A stretch of DNA of 58,512 bases from Xanthobacteraceae bacterium (lineage in GTDB: Bacteria > Pseudomonadota > Alphaproteobacteria > Rhizobiales > Xanthobacteraceae), in assembly GCA_030037065.1 (NCBI GenBank), contig JASHRW010000099.1, positions 1 through 58,512 on the forward strand, given 5' to 3'. Numbering within the stretch: position 1 is the first letter of the stretch; each line of letters opens with the position of its first letter. The position numbers and the translations under genes are program-made. Shown one piece after another: positions 27,028 to 36,333 of the stretch. The notes under the pieces are model-generated. The model was not told the origin of the DNA. It was given only the letters and a program-made list of their open reading frames with translations, and searched no databases.

Positions 27028-28056
27028 ATGATGCTGCTTCCCACTTCGCTGGTCGGCTCCTACCCGCAGCCGGGTTGGCTGATCGACCGCGCCAAGCTGT
27101 CGAAGCAGGTGCCGCGTGTCCCCGCCGGCGAGCTCTGGCTTGTCCCGCCGGAGGACCTCGAAGCGGCGCAGGACGACGCCACCATCCTTGCCGTCCGCGA
27201 TCAGGAGCGCGCCGGACTCGATATCATTACGGACGGCGAACAGCGGCGCGAAAGCTATTCCAACCGGTTTGCCACCGCGCTCGACGGCGTCGACGTGGAG
27301 AATCCCGGCACCGCCATCAATCGCAGCGGCAGGCCGATTCCAGTGCCGCGCGTGGTCGGGCCGATCCAGCGAAGAAACCCGGTGGAAGTTCGCGATCTCA
27401 AAGTGCTGCGCGCCAACACCGACCGCGCGGTCAAGGCGACGGTGCCGGGTCCGTTCACCATGAGCAAGCAGGCGCAGGACGACCACTACAAAGACGAGGA
27501 AGCACTGGCGCTCGCCTATGCGGATGCGGTGAACGCCGAGATCAAGGACCTGTTTGCCGCCGGCGCCGACGTGGTGCAGATCGACGAGCCGTGGATGCAG
27601 CAGCATCCGGACAAGGCCCGGCAATATGGGCTCAAGGCGCTCGACCGCGCGCTCGAAGGGGTGCGCGGAACGGTCGCGGTTCACTTGTGCTTCGGCTATG
27701 CGGCCGTGGTGCACGACAAGCCTTCGGGTTATTCATTCCTGCCGGAACTGGAAGGTTCGAAGGCCCAGCAAATCTCCATCGAGGCGGCGCAGCCCCGGCT
27801 CGATCTTGCGGTCCTGCGCGACCTGCCGTCGAAGACCATCATTCTGGGCGTCATCGATTTGTCCGATATGAACGTTGAGACGCCGCAAACGGTCGCCGCA
27901 CGCATCCGAAGGGGGCTTGCCCATGTGCCCGCAAACCGGGTGGCGGTGGCGCCGGATTGCGGCATGAAATACCTACCGCGCGCGGTTGCTTTTGCTAAGA
28001 TGAAAGCCATGGTCGAAGGCACCGCGCTGGTGCGGCGCGAGCTTGCGGGCAAATGA
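27028..28056 (+). CDS. Stand-alone MetE-like (cobalamin-independent methionine synthase catalytic domain) Zn-methyltransferase family protein
   Basis: The start reads LPTSLVGSYPQPGWL. Zn-ligand positions are conserved (VHLCFGY, ISIEAA, APDCGMK). It is 342 aa, so it has only the C-terminal MetE-type domain. Confidence 0.75.
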   Translation: MMLLPTSLVGSYPQPGWLIDRAKLSKQVPRVPAGELWLVPPEDLEAAQDDATILAVRDQERAGLDIITDGEQRRESYSNRFATALDGVDVENPGTAINRSGRPIPVPRVVGPIQRRNPVEVRDLKVLRANTDRAVKATVPGPFTMSKQAQDDHYKDEEALALAYADAVNAEIKDLFAAGADVVQIDEPWMQQHPDKARQYGLKALDRALEGVRGTVAVHLCFGYAAVVHDKPSGYSFLPELEGSKAQQISIEAAQPRLDLAVLRDLPSKTIILGVIDLSDMNVETPQTVAARIRRGLAHVPANRVAVAPDCGMKYLPRAVAFAKMKAMVEGTALVRRELAGK

Positions 28057-28218
28057 GATTCTAGGCTTCGAAAATGCCGGGCGATAGCAAATCGCCGTCT
28101 GGCGAGGTCATGAATGAGCCGTTCTTGGTCGTGAACTACGACTTCGTGTTGGACCGGAAGGTGCAGGCCGCAGCTGCATGACACACCCGCTGCCGGCGGG
28201 CATTGATCGGACAACGAG

Positions 28219-28246
28219 GACCGCCCGCGGGCGGTTTTTCTGTTGT
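28219..28246 (+). terminator. Rho-independent terminator
   Basis: The sequence is GACCGCC-cgcg-GGCGGT followed by TTTTCTGTTG. It lies about 165 nt after the MetE-like stop and about 55 nt before the next start. Confidence 0.7.
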
Positions 28247-28298
28247 GCATGGTCGGCGCGTGATTGCCCCTCGATCGCTCCGTAAGACAGGCGGGCGC

Positions 28299-29291
28299 AT
28301 GAAGATCGCAATACCCGACGACTACCAGGACATGGTGGATCAGCTTCAATGCTTCTCCATGATCCGCCACCACGATGTCGTCCGTTACCGCGAACCCGCC
28401 CGCGATCTCGATCAGCTTGTCGAGCGGTTGCGCGACGCTGACATCGTCGTATCCATTCGCGAGCGCGTGCATTTTTCCCGCGCGCTGTTCGAACGTTTGC
28501 CTAATTGCAGGCTCATTGCGCTGGTCGGCCGCAATTCGCAAAGGATCGACTTCGCCGCCGCCACCGAGCTGGGCATTCCGGTCGCGACCGGCGTGAGCAA
28601 TTCTCCGGTGGCGCCGGCCGAGCTCACGCTGGCGCTGATCGTTGCCTCACGGCGAAACGTCGCGCTCGAAGCAGAGCGTACGAAGCGCGGCGATTGGCCG
28701 TGCACGTTATCGCACCGAATTCGCGGATCGACGCTCGGCATCTATGGCTTGGGCACCATCGGCTCGCTGGTCGCCGAAGGCGGCAAGGGTCTGGGCATGA
28801 AGGTGTTGGCCTTCGGGCAGAGCCAATCGCGGGAGAAGGCCGCGGCTGCGGGCTACGAGTTCGTCGGGTCGAAAGCCGAGCTGTTCGAGCGCGCCGACGT
28901 GCTCTCGGTCAGTATCCGGTTGCAACGCGAGACCAGGGGACTCATCGGGCCGGACGATTTTGCGCGCATGAAGTCGACCGCTTTGTTCGTCAACGTGGCG
29001 CGCGCCGAACTGGTGCAGCCCGGCGCTTTGCTCGAAGCGCTGCGCAAGGGCCGCCCCGGCTATGCGGCGGTCGATGTCTATGAGGAAGAGCCGCTTATGG
29101 GTGGCCAGCATCCGTTCCTGAAAATGCCGAACGTGCTGTGCACGCCGCATCTCGGCTGGGCCGAATGGGACAATTTCGAACTGTACTTTCGCGAATGTTT
29201 CGAGCAGATCCAGAAGTTCGAGAACGGCGAGCCGCTGCGGCTCGCCAACCCCGCGGTCACGCCGCGCTTTCCACCGCGGGCTGCGGTTTGA
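28299..29291 (+). CDS. D-isomer-specific 2-hydroxyacid dehydrogenase family, NAD-binding
   Basis: I chose the internal ATG (MKIAIPDDYQD..). The motifs are GIYGLGTIGSLVA (GxGxxG), NVARAELV and CTPHLGW. Confidence 0.8.
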   Translation: MKIAIPDDYQDMVDQLQCFSMIRHHDVVRYREPARDLDQLVERLRDADIVVSIRERVHFSRALFERLPNCRLIALVGRNSQRIDFAAATELGIPVATGVSNSPVAPAELTLALIVASRRNVALEAERTKRGDWPCTLSHRIRGSTLGIYGLGTIGSLVAEGGKGLGMKVLAFGQSQSREKAAAAGYEFVGSKAELFERADVLSVSIRLQRETRGLIGPDDFARMKSTALFVNVARAELVQPGALLEALRKGRPGYAAVDVYEEEPLMGGQHPFLKMPNVLCTPHLGWAEWDNFELYFRECFEQIQKFENGEPLRLANPAVTPRFPPRAAV

Positions 29292-29316
29292 TGCTCGGCC
29301 CGCGCAAGCAGCGCGG

Positions 29317-30138
29317 TCACACGAACGCCCGCTGTTTCCACGGGATCAGCACACGCTCTGCCCAGTTCACGCCGCGATTAAGTAGCACCGCAAGCGCGGC
29401 GATGACGATCAGCGGCGCAAAATATTTGGCGAGCGACAGCGTCTCGCCGTAGAACTGGAACATATAGCCGATACCGGTAGCGACGATCAGCAATTGGCCG
29501 ACGATGATGCCGACCAGCGCGCGGCCGACCGCGATGCGCAGTCCAGCGAAGATGTAGGGCAGCGCCGAGGGCAGCACGACGAGGCGGAGGATTTCGCGTT
29601 TCGTGCCGCCGAGCGAGCGCGCCACCTCGACCAGAAAACTGTCCGCTTCCTTGGCACCGGCCTCGACGGTGAGCAGTTGCGGGAACACCGCCGAGACGAA
29701 GACGAAGATGACCAGCGTCAAATTGCCGACGCCGAACCAGGCGATGAACAGCGGCAACCAAGCAATGTTGGGGATCGACCAGAACACGAAGATATAGGGA
29801 TCGAGCACCCGGGCCGCGGGACGGAAAATGCCGAGCACGAGCCCGACCGAGGTGCCAACAATGAAGGCGATGACGAGCCCCACGGCGAACGGCCAGACCG
29901 TCTGGCCGGTAGCGCGGATCAGCTCTCCCGATGCGGTGAGCTGGACGAAGGCGACAAGGACTTTCGCCGGCGCCGGCAGGATGATCGGCGGCACGTTCAT
30001 GCTCACCAATTGCCAGACCGCCAGAAATACCACGATCGAAACGGCGCCAACGAGATACTGGTTGCCGCCGATGACGGCGACGGCGGACTTGCCGTTCTTC
30101 GGCGGCGTTCCCGGGAGCATATTGCTGATTTCGGTCAT
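29317..30138 (-). CDS. ABC transporter permease (NitT/TauT / SsuC-like family)
   Basis: Six TM segments are predicted. The EAA-type loop reads VEVARSLGGTKREILRLVVLPSALPYIFAGLR. It overlaps the ATPase stop by 4 nt. Confidence 0.8.
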   Translation of the reverse strand: MTEISNMLPGTPPKNGKSAVAVIGGNQYLVGAVSIVVFLAVWQLVSMNVPPIILPAPAKVLVAFVQLTASGELIRATGQTVWPFAVGLVIAFIVGTSVGLVLGIFRPAARVLDPYIFVFWSIPNIAWLPLFIAWFGVGNLTLVIFVFVSAVFPQLLTVEAGAKEADSFLVEVARSLGGTKREILRLVVLPSALPYIFAGLRIAVGRALVGIIVGQLLIVATGIGYMFQFYGETLSLAKYFAPLIVIAALAVLLNRGVNWAERVLIPWKQRAFV

Positions 30139-30908
30139 AGCTCCTCCTTGATGCTTTGCCAGGCGATGCTGCGCAGGCGGGCGAATTCCGGCTCGGCGCG
30201 CGCATCGTAGCGGTAACGCGGCTGCGGCAACTTCACCTCCAGCACCTGTTTGATCCGGCCCGGCCGGCGGCTCATGATGACGACGAGATCGGATAGATAG
30301 ATCGCTTCATCGAGGTCGTGGGTGATGAACAGCACGGTGCTGTTGACGCGGCCCCATAGCGACAGCAGTTCGTCTTGCAGCACGGCGCGGGTCTGCGCAT
30401 CGAGCGCGCCGAACGGTTCGTCCATCAGCAGGATTTCCGGCTGGCGCACCAGCGCACGGGCCAGCCCCACCCGTTGTTGCATGCCGCCCGAGAGTTGGTG
30501 CGGATAGTAGTGTTCGAAGCCTTTGAGTCCGACCAACTCGAGCGTCGAGTTGACCAGACCAAGCTCCTTGTCGGCAAGCTTGTGTCGATGTGCCTGCAAT
30601 TGAATACCGAGCGTTACGTTACCGGCGACGGTCTTCCACGGCATCAGGCCGATACCTTGGAACACCATCGACATTTTCGGGCTCGGGCCGGTCAGCCGCG
30701 CCCCGTCGAGCCGGATCTCGCCAACGTCGGTCGGTACCAAACCGGCCGCCATGCGCAGCAATGTGGTCTTGCCGCAGCCGCTTGGGCCAACCACGGTGAC
30801 GAAGCGTCCGCCGCCGATTTTCAAGCTGAAATCGGCAAGCGCCAGAAGATTTTCGCCCGTTGGGCTGCGATAGCTCTTGCGGACGCTGACGATGTCAAGT
30901 TCGGGCAT
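30135..30908 (-). CDS. ABC transporter ATP-binding protein (NitT/TauT family)
   Basis: Walker A is GPSGCGKTT, the signature is [15 protein letters not shown], and Walker B is [11 protein letters not shown]. Confidence 0.9.
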   Translation of the reverse strand: MPELDIVSVRKSYRSPTGENLLALADFSLKIGGGRFVTVVGPSGCGKTTLLRMAAGLVPTDVGEIRLDGARLTGPSPKMSMVFQGIGLMPWKTVAGNVTLGIQLQAHRHKLADKELGLVNSTLELVGLKGFEHYYPHQLSGGMQQRVGLARALVRQPEILLMDEPFGALDAQTRAVLQDELLSLWGRVNSTVLFITHDLDEAIYLSDLVVIMSRRPGRIKQVLEVKLPQPRYRYDARAEPEFARLRSIAWQSIKEEL

Positions 30909-30963
30909 GAAAAGCGGACTCGAAACAAATCTTTGCCGCGAATGCCCGGCGGGCCGCGCGAGC

Positions 30964-32091
30964 CTATTTCGCGGCCGCGGACTTGCTGCCGTACCAGTCC
31001 GGAACGTCCGGCAGATCGGTACCGGATTTGACGACGCCCATCTTGTCGAGAGCCGCCTTCAGCGGTCCGGTATCGTACATATCGGCGGGCTTGGAAAGAT
31101 ACTGGTTGCTGCCCTCGCCGCGCAGCTTGAAGAACAGATCCATGATTTTCTGTGTCGCCGCGTAGTTGATGCCGCCGTTGATGGAGAAATAGCCGCCGTC
31201 GCGGAATTCCTGCCACGCCTGATGCAATTGTTGGTCGTTCAATCCGGCGGCCTGATAGATCTTGCCTGCCGCAGCAACCCACGAATCGGCATTGTTTTGC
31301 CATTGCCGGTTGGCATCGAGCATCATCTCGACATAGCGCGTCGCGACGTCTTGATGACTCTTAAGCCAGTCGGTGCTCGCCACCACCACAAGCCGCGGCA
31401 CCGGCGGCGTATATTTCGAGGTGTGCTGGACCAGAACGTGCACCTGCTTGGTGAAGCCCTTGGCCTCGGCGAGCATCACGCCGAGATGCGACAGGCTCGC
31501 AAGCTGCGTGCGGCCGGTATCCAGCGCCTCGAGGCGTGGCGCGTCGGCGCCCGATATCGCCGTCCATCGGAACGCATCGGATTTGAAACCCATGCCCTCG
31601 ACGGTCATCTGCGCATTAAAACGCTGGGCGCCGCCGAGGCTCGCCACGCCCCAGCTTTGGCCCAAGGCGTCCTTGAGCGTCTTATATTTGTTGAGGCCCA
31701 ACACCTCTTCGTCGCCGTAAGGCGTCATAACCATCAAAATCTTGATTTTCGCGCCGGAATAGATGCCCCCCATCGCCGAGATGATGTCGCTCGTGGCGAC
31801 CTCGGTATTGCCGGTCACTACCGCCTGTACGCGCGCCGGTCCGCCGCCGCCGAGCTTCGGCCCGGGCTCGTAGGTCAGTCCATATTTGGAGAACAGGCCC
31901 ATCGCGTTGGCCATGTCGTTGAACGACAGCGACGGATCCGGGGTCGGCTCCAGTTCGGTAGCCTTCAAGGCGGTTGCTTTGCCCGCCGGCTGCGCGTGGG
32001 CGGCGGTCGGCGCTCCGGCCGCAAGCGCGGCGGCCGCCGTTACAAAGAGCAGAGCTACGGTCCGGCGCAGCAGTGCGGTAGTTCCAAGCAT
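30964..32091 (-). CDS. ABC transporter periplasmic substrate-binding protein (NMT1/SsuA-like assignment from context)
   Basis: I chose the internal ATG with a GGGAGGG ribosome-binding site. The signal peptide is MLGTTALLRRTVALLFVTAAAALAAGAPTAAHA. It is the first gene of the transporter triad. The family call is weak. Confidence 0.6.
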   Translation of the reverse strand: MLGTTALLRRTVALLFVTAAAALAAGAPTAAHAQPAGKATALKATELEPTPDPSLSFNDMANAMGLFSKYGLTYEPGPKLGGGGPARVQAVVTGNTEVATSDIISAMGGIYSGAKIKILMVMTPYGDEEVLGLNKYKTLKDALGQSWGVASLGGAQRFNAQMTVEGMGFKSDAFRWTAISGADAPRLEALDTGRTQLASLSHLGVMLAEAKGFTKQVHVLVQHTSKYTPPVPRLVVVASTDWLKSHQDVATRYVEMMLDANRQWQNNADSWVAAAGKIYQAAGLNDQQLHQAWQEFRDGGYFSINGGINYAATQKIMDLFFKLRGEGSNQYLSKPADMYDTGPLKAALDKMGVVKSGTDLPDVPDWYGSKSAAAK

Positions 32092-32222
32092 GTTACCCTC
32101 CCGAATTCGCGTGTCCTGCGGGTGTCCTATCAGGCAACCCGTGCCGGCCATGTCTGGCGCAGCCAATCGAGCGTTTCGGCCGCTTTTTTACCCTCGGAGA
32201 ATGGGCGGGGCCATGCGGCAGG

Positions 32223-33164
32223 TCAACCCATGCGGCCGGGGTGACCGCCCTGAGTGTCGCGCTCCAATGCGCCGCGATCCCATTTGGCCAGGTCGGCCGC
32301 CGCCTCATAGGTCTCCTGTAGGAAGCCAAGCAGCAGGTTATCGGGATCACGCGCTTCCCGCACGGCGTCGTATGGCAGGATGAACTGCCCGACATCCTTG
32401 TTGTACGCGGCTTCGGACATGCTCAGACGTGCGGCGCCATACTGGTCCGGCTCGGGATACGCATAGACGTAATAGGCGGCGCTGCCGAAGCCGCCATTGC
32501 CCGGCCAGAAACCGCAACTCGAACATTCATGCGAATAGGCCTCCGCCATCACCCAGTCGGCAACGTAAGGCGTATGCCCCTTCGGCGGTGGCGCGGTGCG
32601 GCCGGAGAACCGCGTCACCGCCAGATCGAAACTGCCCCAGAAAAAATGCACCGGGCTGACTTTGCCGATGAACCGGCTGCGAAATTTAGTCATCACCCGC
32701 GCCGATTGAACCAGCGCTTGGTGGAAGCGCGTAACGTATTCGCGGTCGTATTGCGCGTGCGAGCGGTCCTCTTCGAACGCGACGCAGTTCTCGATCTCGC
32801 ACGGCGTGGTCGAGACGTGCGTTTCTATACCGAGGCGCTGCATGCGCTGCATGAACGCCGCATAGAAATCGGCGACAGTCATCGGCTTGAGCGGCAGACT
32901 CTCGCGCCGGCCGTCGCTGGTCGAGATGACAAGCCGATGATCGAGGAAATCGAACGCGATGTCGAACGCGCGGCCGCGATAGGGGATCGTCCGCTTGGCC
33001 ATGCCGCGGGCGGTGACGTGAAACGTCACGTTCCACCAATGATTGACGAGCGGCGTCAGGGCGAGGACGACCTTGCCGGCAATCTGCGTCCACAATTGCA
33101 GCGTCTCGCAGGTTTCGCTCCATGCGGTGTAAGGCAGCTCAGGCCATTGCGGGTTTGAGGTCAT
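32223..33164 (-). CDS. DUF5996 family protein (function unknown)
   Basis: WPELPYTAWSETCETLQLWTQIAGKV, SPVHFFWGSFDLAVTRFSGR and CGFWPG match my recollection of DUF5996. It starts 34 nt downstream of UbiD paralog 2 on the same strand. Confidence 0.65.
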   Translation of the reverse strand: MTSNPQWPELPYTAWSETCETLQLWTQIAGKVVLALTPLVNHWWNVTFHVTARGMAKRTIPYRGRAFDIAFDFLDHRLVISTSDGRRESLPLKPMTVADFYAAFMQRMQRLGIETHVSTTPCEIENCVAFEEDRSHAQYDREYVTRFHQALVQSARVMTKFRSRFIGKVSPVHFFWGSFDLAVTRFSGRTAPPPKGHTPYVADWVMAEAYSHECSSCGFWPGNGGFGSAAYYVYAYPEPDQYGAARLSMSEAAYNKDVGQFILPYDAVREARDPDNLLLGFLQETYEAAADLAKWDRGALERDTQGGHPGRMG

Positions 33165-33198
33165 GTATCGGCCCTCGCGCTCCCTCTCTCGGTGTCCA

Positions 33199-34728
33199 CT
33201 ACGATTTCATCAAATACCCAAATCTCTGCAGCGCTTCGCGCCGCTCGTCTGCGCTCGGCATGTTCACGGCGGGGAACTTGTCGCGCCAATGGTAAGGGCG
33301 GCAAGCATCGATCACGGCGCGGCTGTTGGTGTAGTCGCCGATCGCCTTGCGCTCCGGCTCAATGCGCGGATCGAGTGGCGTCGACCAGGCATCACGGATG
33401 ATGTCGATCGATGTGGCCGGATCGGAGCGCGTGATCAGCGCCCAGATCACCTCGTCGAGGTTCGACACGTCGATGTCGTCGTCGACCACGATGACGTAGC
33501 GCCCGCAATAGGCGCCGACGTGACACTGCGCGGCGATATGGCCGGCCTGCTTGGCATGACCGGGATAGCGCTGCTTGACCGCAACGGCGAGGAACAGCCG
33601 CGCGTTGCCGACCTCGTGCGCCCAGGCCGCTGTGACGCCGGGCACGCCGGCCTTCTCGATGTTCGCTCGCAGCAGCGCGGAACGCACGATGGCGCGGTAG
33701 CGGCAGATTTCATCGGGGGGCCGTTGCGGCACGCAGCCGAGCAGGATCGGCTCGTTGCGATAGTAGACCGCCTTGACGTCGATGACGGGCTCGGGCCGTT
33801 CGTCGGATGCGTAATAGCCGGTCCATTCGCCGAACGGTCCCTCCTCGCGCACGTTGCCGGGCTCGACAAAGCCCTCAATGACGATTTCGGCGTTAGCGGG
33901 TATCGGCAGCCCGGTGACCGGGCCCTTGATCACCTCGACCGGCTGACCGCGCATGCCGCCGATAATGTCGAGTTCGCACACGCCCTGCGGCACCTCGCTC
34001 GATCCCATCAGAAAGCTCATCGGGTCGCCGCCGCAGACAATCACGACCGGCATGCGCTCGCCGCGTGCCGCGTATTTGTCACGCATCACCCGTCCGTGTT
34101 TGCCGGGCGAGATATAGAAGCCGAGTGTCTTTCCGTCATGGATCATGACGCGGTAGGTGCCGCAATTGATCCAGCCGTCATCGGGATCGCGCATGATGTT
34201 GTAGCAGCCGGTGCCGATGTAACGGCCGCCGTCCTGCGGGTGCCATTGCGGCGCCGGAAATTTGGTCACGTCGATTGAGTCGACCGCCATGACGTTCTGC
34301 ATCACCGGGCCAGTCTCGACGTATTTCGGCGGGATGCGCTTGAGCATGGCGGCGTGATTGACGCGGAAACTTTCGCTCAGCTCCAGCTTCGAGAGTTCGG
34401 TAGAAAATCCGAGCGTCATGGCTTTGCGCTTGCCGGCGAAGAAGTTGACCAGCAAGCGGCTGCCCGGCAGCGTGTCCGGGATGTCGGTGAATACGAAGCA
34501 CGGTGCATCGTCGGCATGCGCCGACATTTCGACGACCATGCCGATGTCGCGCTGATACGACAGCCCGCCGACCTCGCGCACCTCGCCGAGCTTTTTGGCC
34601 TCTTCGAGCCATTGACGCAGATCGCGATACGGCAGAACTGGCGCGGTGTTCGAACCGGCAAGGCCTTGGATGCTGCTGCCGCCCAGCGGAGTCGCCATCG
34701 GATCGGGCATGAAATTCTGCTCGGCCAT
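33199..34728 (-). CDS. UbiD-family decarboxylase, paralog 2 (most canonical)
   Basis: It is 509 aa. The catalytic region reads REEGPFGEWTGYYAS. CGTYRVMIHD is also present. Confidence 0.85.
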   Translation of the reverse strand: MAEQNFMPDPMATPLGGSSIQGLAGSNTAPVLPYRDLRQWLEEAKKLGEVREVGGLSYQRDIGMVVEMSAHADDAPCFVFTDIPDTLPGSRLLVNFFAGKRKAMTLGFSTELSKLELSESFRVNHAAMLKRIPPKYVETGPVMQNVMAVDSIDVTKFPAPQWHPQDGGRYIGTGCYNIMRDPDDGWINCGTYRVMIHDGKTLGFYISPGKHGRVMRDKYAARGERMPVVIVCGGDPMSFLMGSSEVPQGVCELDIIGGMRGQPVEVIKGPVTGLPIPANAEIVIEGFVEPGNVREEGPFGEWTGYYASDERPEPVIDVKAVYYRNEPILLGCVPQRPPDEICRYRAIVRSALLRANIEKAGVPGVTAAWAHEVGNARLFLAVAVKQRYPGHAKQAGHIAAQCHVGAYCGRYVIVVDDDIDVSNLDEVIWALITRSDPATSIDIIRDAWSTPLDPRIEPERKAIGDYTNSRAVIDACRPYHWRDKFPAVNMPSADERREALQRFGYLMKS

Positions 34729-34739
34729 GCATCACCTTG

Positions 34740-34756
34740 TTTTGCCTTTGGGCAAA
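34740..34756. promoter_or_regulatory. Palindrome in the 68-bp divergent UbiD-2 / CoA-ligase control region
   Basis: The sequence is TTTTGCC-TTT-GGCAAAA. It is followed by an AT-rich stretch (gcttatattgct). Confidence 0.45.
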
Positions 34757-34796
34757 ATGCTTATATTGCTAAGGAATTGTCGTAGGCGATCCTATC

Positions 34797-36332
34797 ATGC
34801 AGGCGGAAGCCGGCTCAAACCTGTTGCAGAATTGGATCGCGCGGGCGGCCGCGCGCGCGCCGGCAAAGCCGTGGGTCGTCTCCGTCGACGATGGGCGCAT
34901 CGTCACCTACGGCGAATTGCGCGAAGCTGCCGGCTGTTTCGCCGCATTCCTGCGCGGGCGCGGCATCGGCCGCAACGACCGTGTCGCGCTGCTCGCCAAC
35001 AACGCGATCGAGCAACTGCTTTGCTTTCTTGGCGTGATGGCCGCGGGCGCCACGATCTGCACCATTCACGTCGAGATGAACCGCAACCAGCTCGGCAACA
35101 TTTTCGGACGGCTCAAGCCGCGCCTCATTCTCTATCAGGACGGCCTCGGGCTCGACGGTCTGCTCGCCAGCGCCAATGCGCCGCGCCTGCGCATCGGAAG
35201 GTGGGGCAAAGCGGAATCCGACACGCTATTCGCCGAGATTGCAAAATATGCGCCGACCGCGCCTGAGATGACGGCGCAGCCTGACGACGATGCGGTCATC
35301 CTGTTCACGTCCGGCACCAGCGCCAAACCCAAGGGCGTGATTCTGAGTTTCCGCGAATACCTTTTGAACATCGATCCGCTGTCCGAAGGCTTCGGCATCA
35401 CTGCGGACGACCGGGTGTACGATTTCCGTCCATTCAGCTGGAATTCGGCGCAGACTTTGGGCGGGCTTGCCGTCGTCAACCGCGGCGCAACGCTTGTACT
35501 TGCAGAAAAATTCTCAGCGCGCCGATTTTTCGCGCATCTGCGCGAGCACGGCGTGACGGTCGCCACCGGCAATCCGACGACGATCAATATTCTGCTCAAC
35601 AGCGAGCAAACCGCGCACCGCGACGATTTGCCGAAACTACGCTTCGTCACCTCGAGCTCGGCGCCGCTGCTGCTCGAGGAGTGGAAGCGCTTCGAGCAGA
35701 AATTCGGCATTCCGGTCGCGCAAGGCTGCGGCGCCAGCGAGGTGAGCTGGATCGCCGCCATTCCCGGCGAACGGCGCCGCCTCGGCAAGGTCGGACGGCC
35801 GTTCGCCTATCACGATCTCGCCATCGTCGATGCGGAAGGCCGGCGCCTGCCTGCCGGTGAAATCGGCTACGTCGAGCTTGGCGGGCTTGGCGACCATCCT
35901 TACCGTTATCTCGGCGAGGACGCCGAGGTGAAAATCCATTGCCGCGGCCGCTTCCGCACCGGCGATCTGGGTAGCCTCGACGCCGACGGATTTTTGACGC
36001 TCACCGGCCGCGAGAAGGAACTGATCATCCGCGGCGGTGCGAAAATCTCGCCGGTCGAGATCGACTCATTCTTGATGCAACACGCCGACGTGATCGAGGC
36101 CGCCACCGTGGGCGTTCCAGACAAAATTTATGGCGAAGAGGTGGTGAGCTACGTGGTGACACGGCCGGGCGCGGCAGCGGATGCCGACGCGCTCTTGCGC
36201 TACTGCGCGTCTCTGCCGGCCTTCAAGGCGCCGAAGCGAATCCTGCTCGCCGACGCGTTGCCGAAGACCGAACGCGGCAAGCTGGACCGCAAGGCGCTGG
36301 CCGAGAGGTGGAAGGAGGACACCCGCCACTAG
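34797..36332 (+). CDS. Class I adenylate-forming enzyme (acyl/aryl-CoA ligase)
   Basis: The AMP-binding motifs are FTSGTSAKPKGV, RFRTGDLG and GREKELIIRGGAKISP. It is 511 aa. Confidence 0.85.
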   Translation: MQAEAGSNLLQNWIARAAARAPAKPWVVSVDDGRIVTYGELREAAGCFAAFLRGRGIGRNDRVALLANNAIEQLLCFLGVMAAGATICTIHVEMNRNQLGNIFGRLKPRLILYQDGLGLDGLLASANAPRLRIGRWGKAESDTLFAEIAKYAPTAPEMTAQPDDDAVILFTSGTSAKPKGVILSFREYLLNIDPLSEGFGITADDRVYDFRPFSWNSAQTLGGLAVVNRGATLVLAEKFSARRFFAHLREHGVTVATGNPTTINILLNSEQTAHRDDLPKLRFVTSSSAPLLLEEWKRFEQKFGIPVAQGCGASEVSWIAAIPGERRRLGKVGRPFAYHDLAIVDAEGRRLPAGEIGYVELGGLGDHPYRYLGEDAEVKIHCRGRFRTGDLGSLDADGFLTLTGREKELIIRGGAKISPVEIDSFLMQHADVIEAATVGVPDKIYGEEVVSYVVTRPGAAADADALLRYCASLPAFKAPKRILLADALPKTERGKLDRKALAERWKEDTRH

Positions 36333-36333
36333 C

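Noticed and set aside
28074-28181. A 35-codon ORF (MPGDSKSPSGEVMNEPFLVVNYDFVLDRKVQAAAA) between the MetE-like stop and the terminator.
   Set aside because: It has no Shine-Dalgarno and no recognisable family. High third-position GC is uninformative in this genome. It is more simply a 3' UTR ahead of the terminator at 28219-28246. Ribosome profiling would be needed to revive it.
32092-32222. I searched for a TPP (THI-box) riboswitch upstream of the NMT1/SsuA-like binding protein. I also looked for B12 or SAM elements upstream of the MetE-like gene (26982-27027).
   Set aside because: The CTGAGA core and the pyrimidine-sensor helix pattern are absent; only a loose CCTGATAGG resemblance exists. 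The MetE-like leader is only 46 nt, which is too short for a riboswitch.
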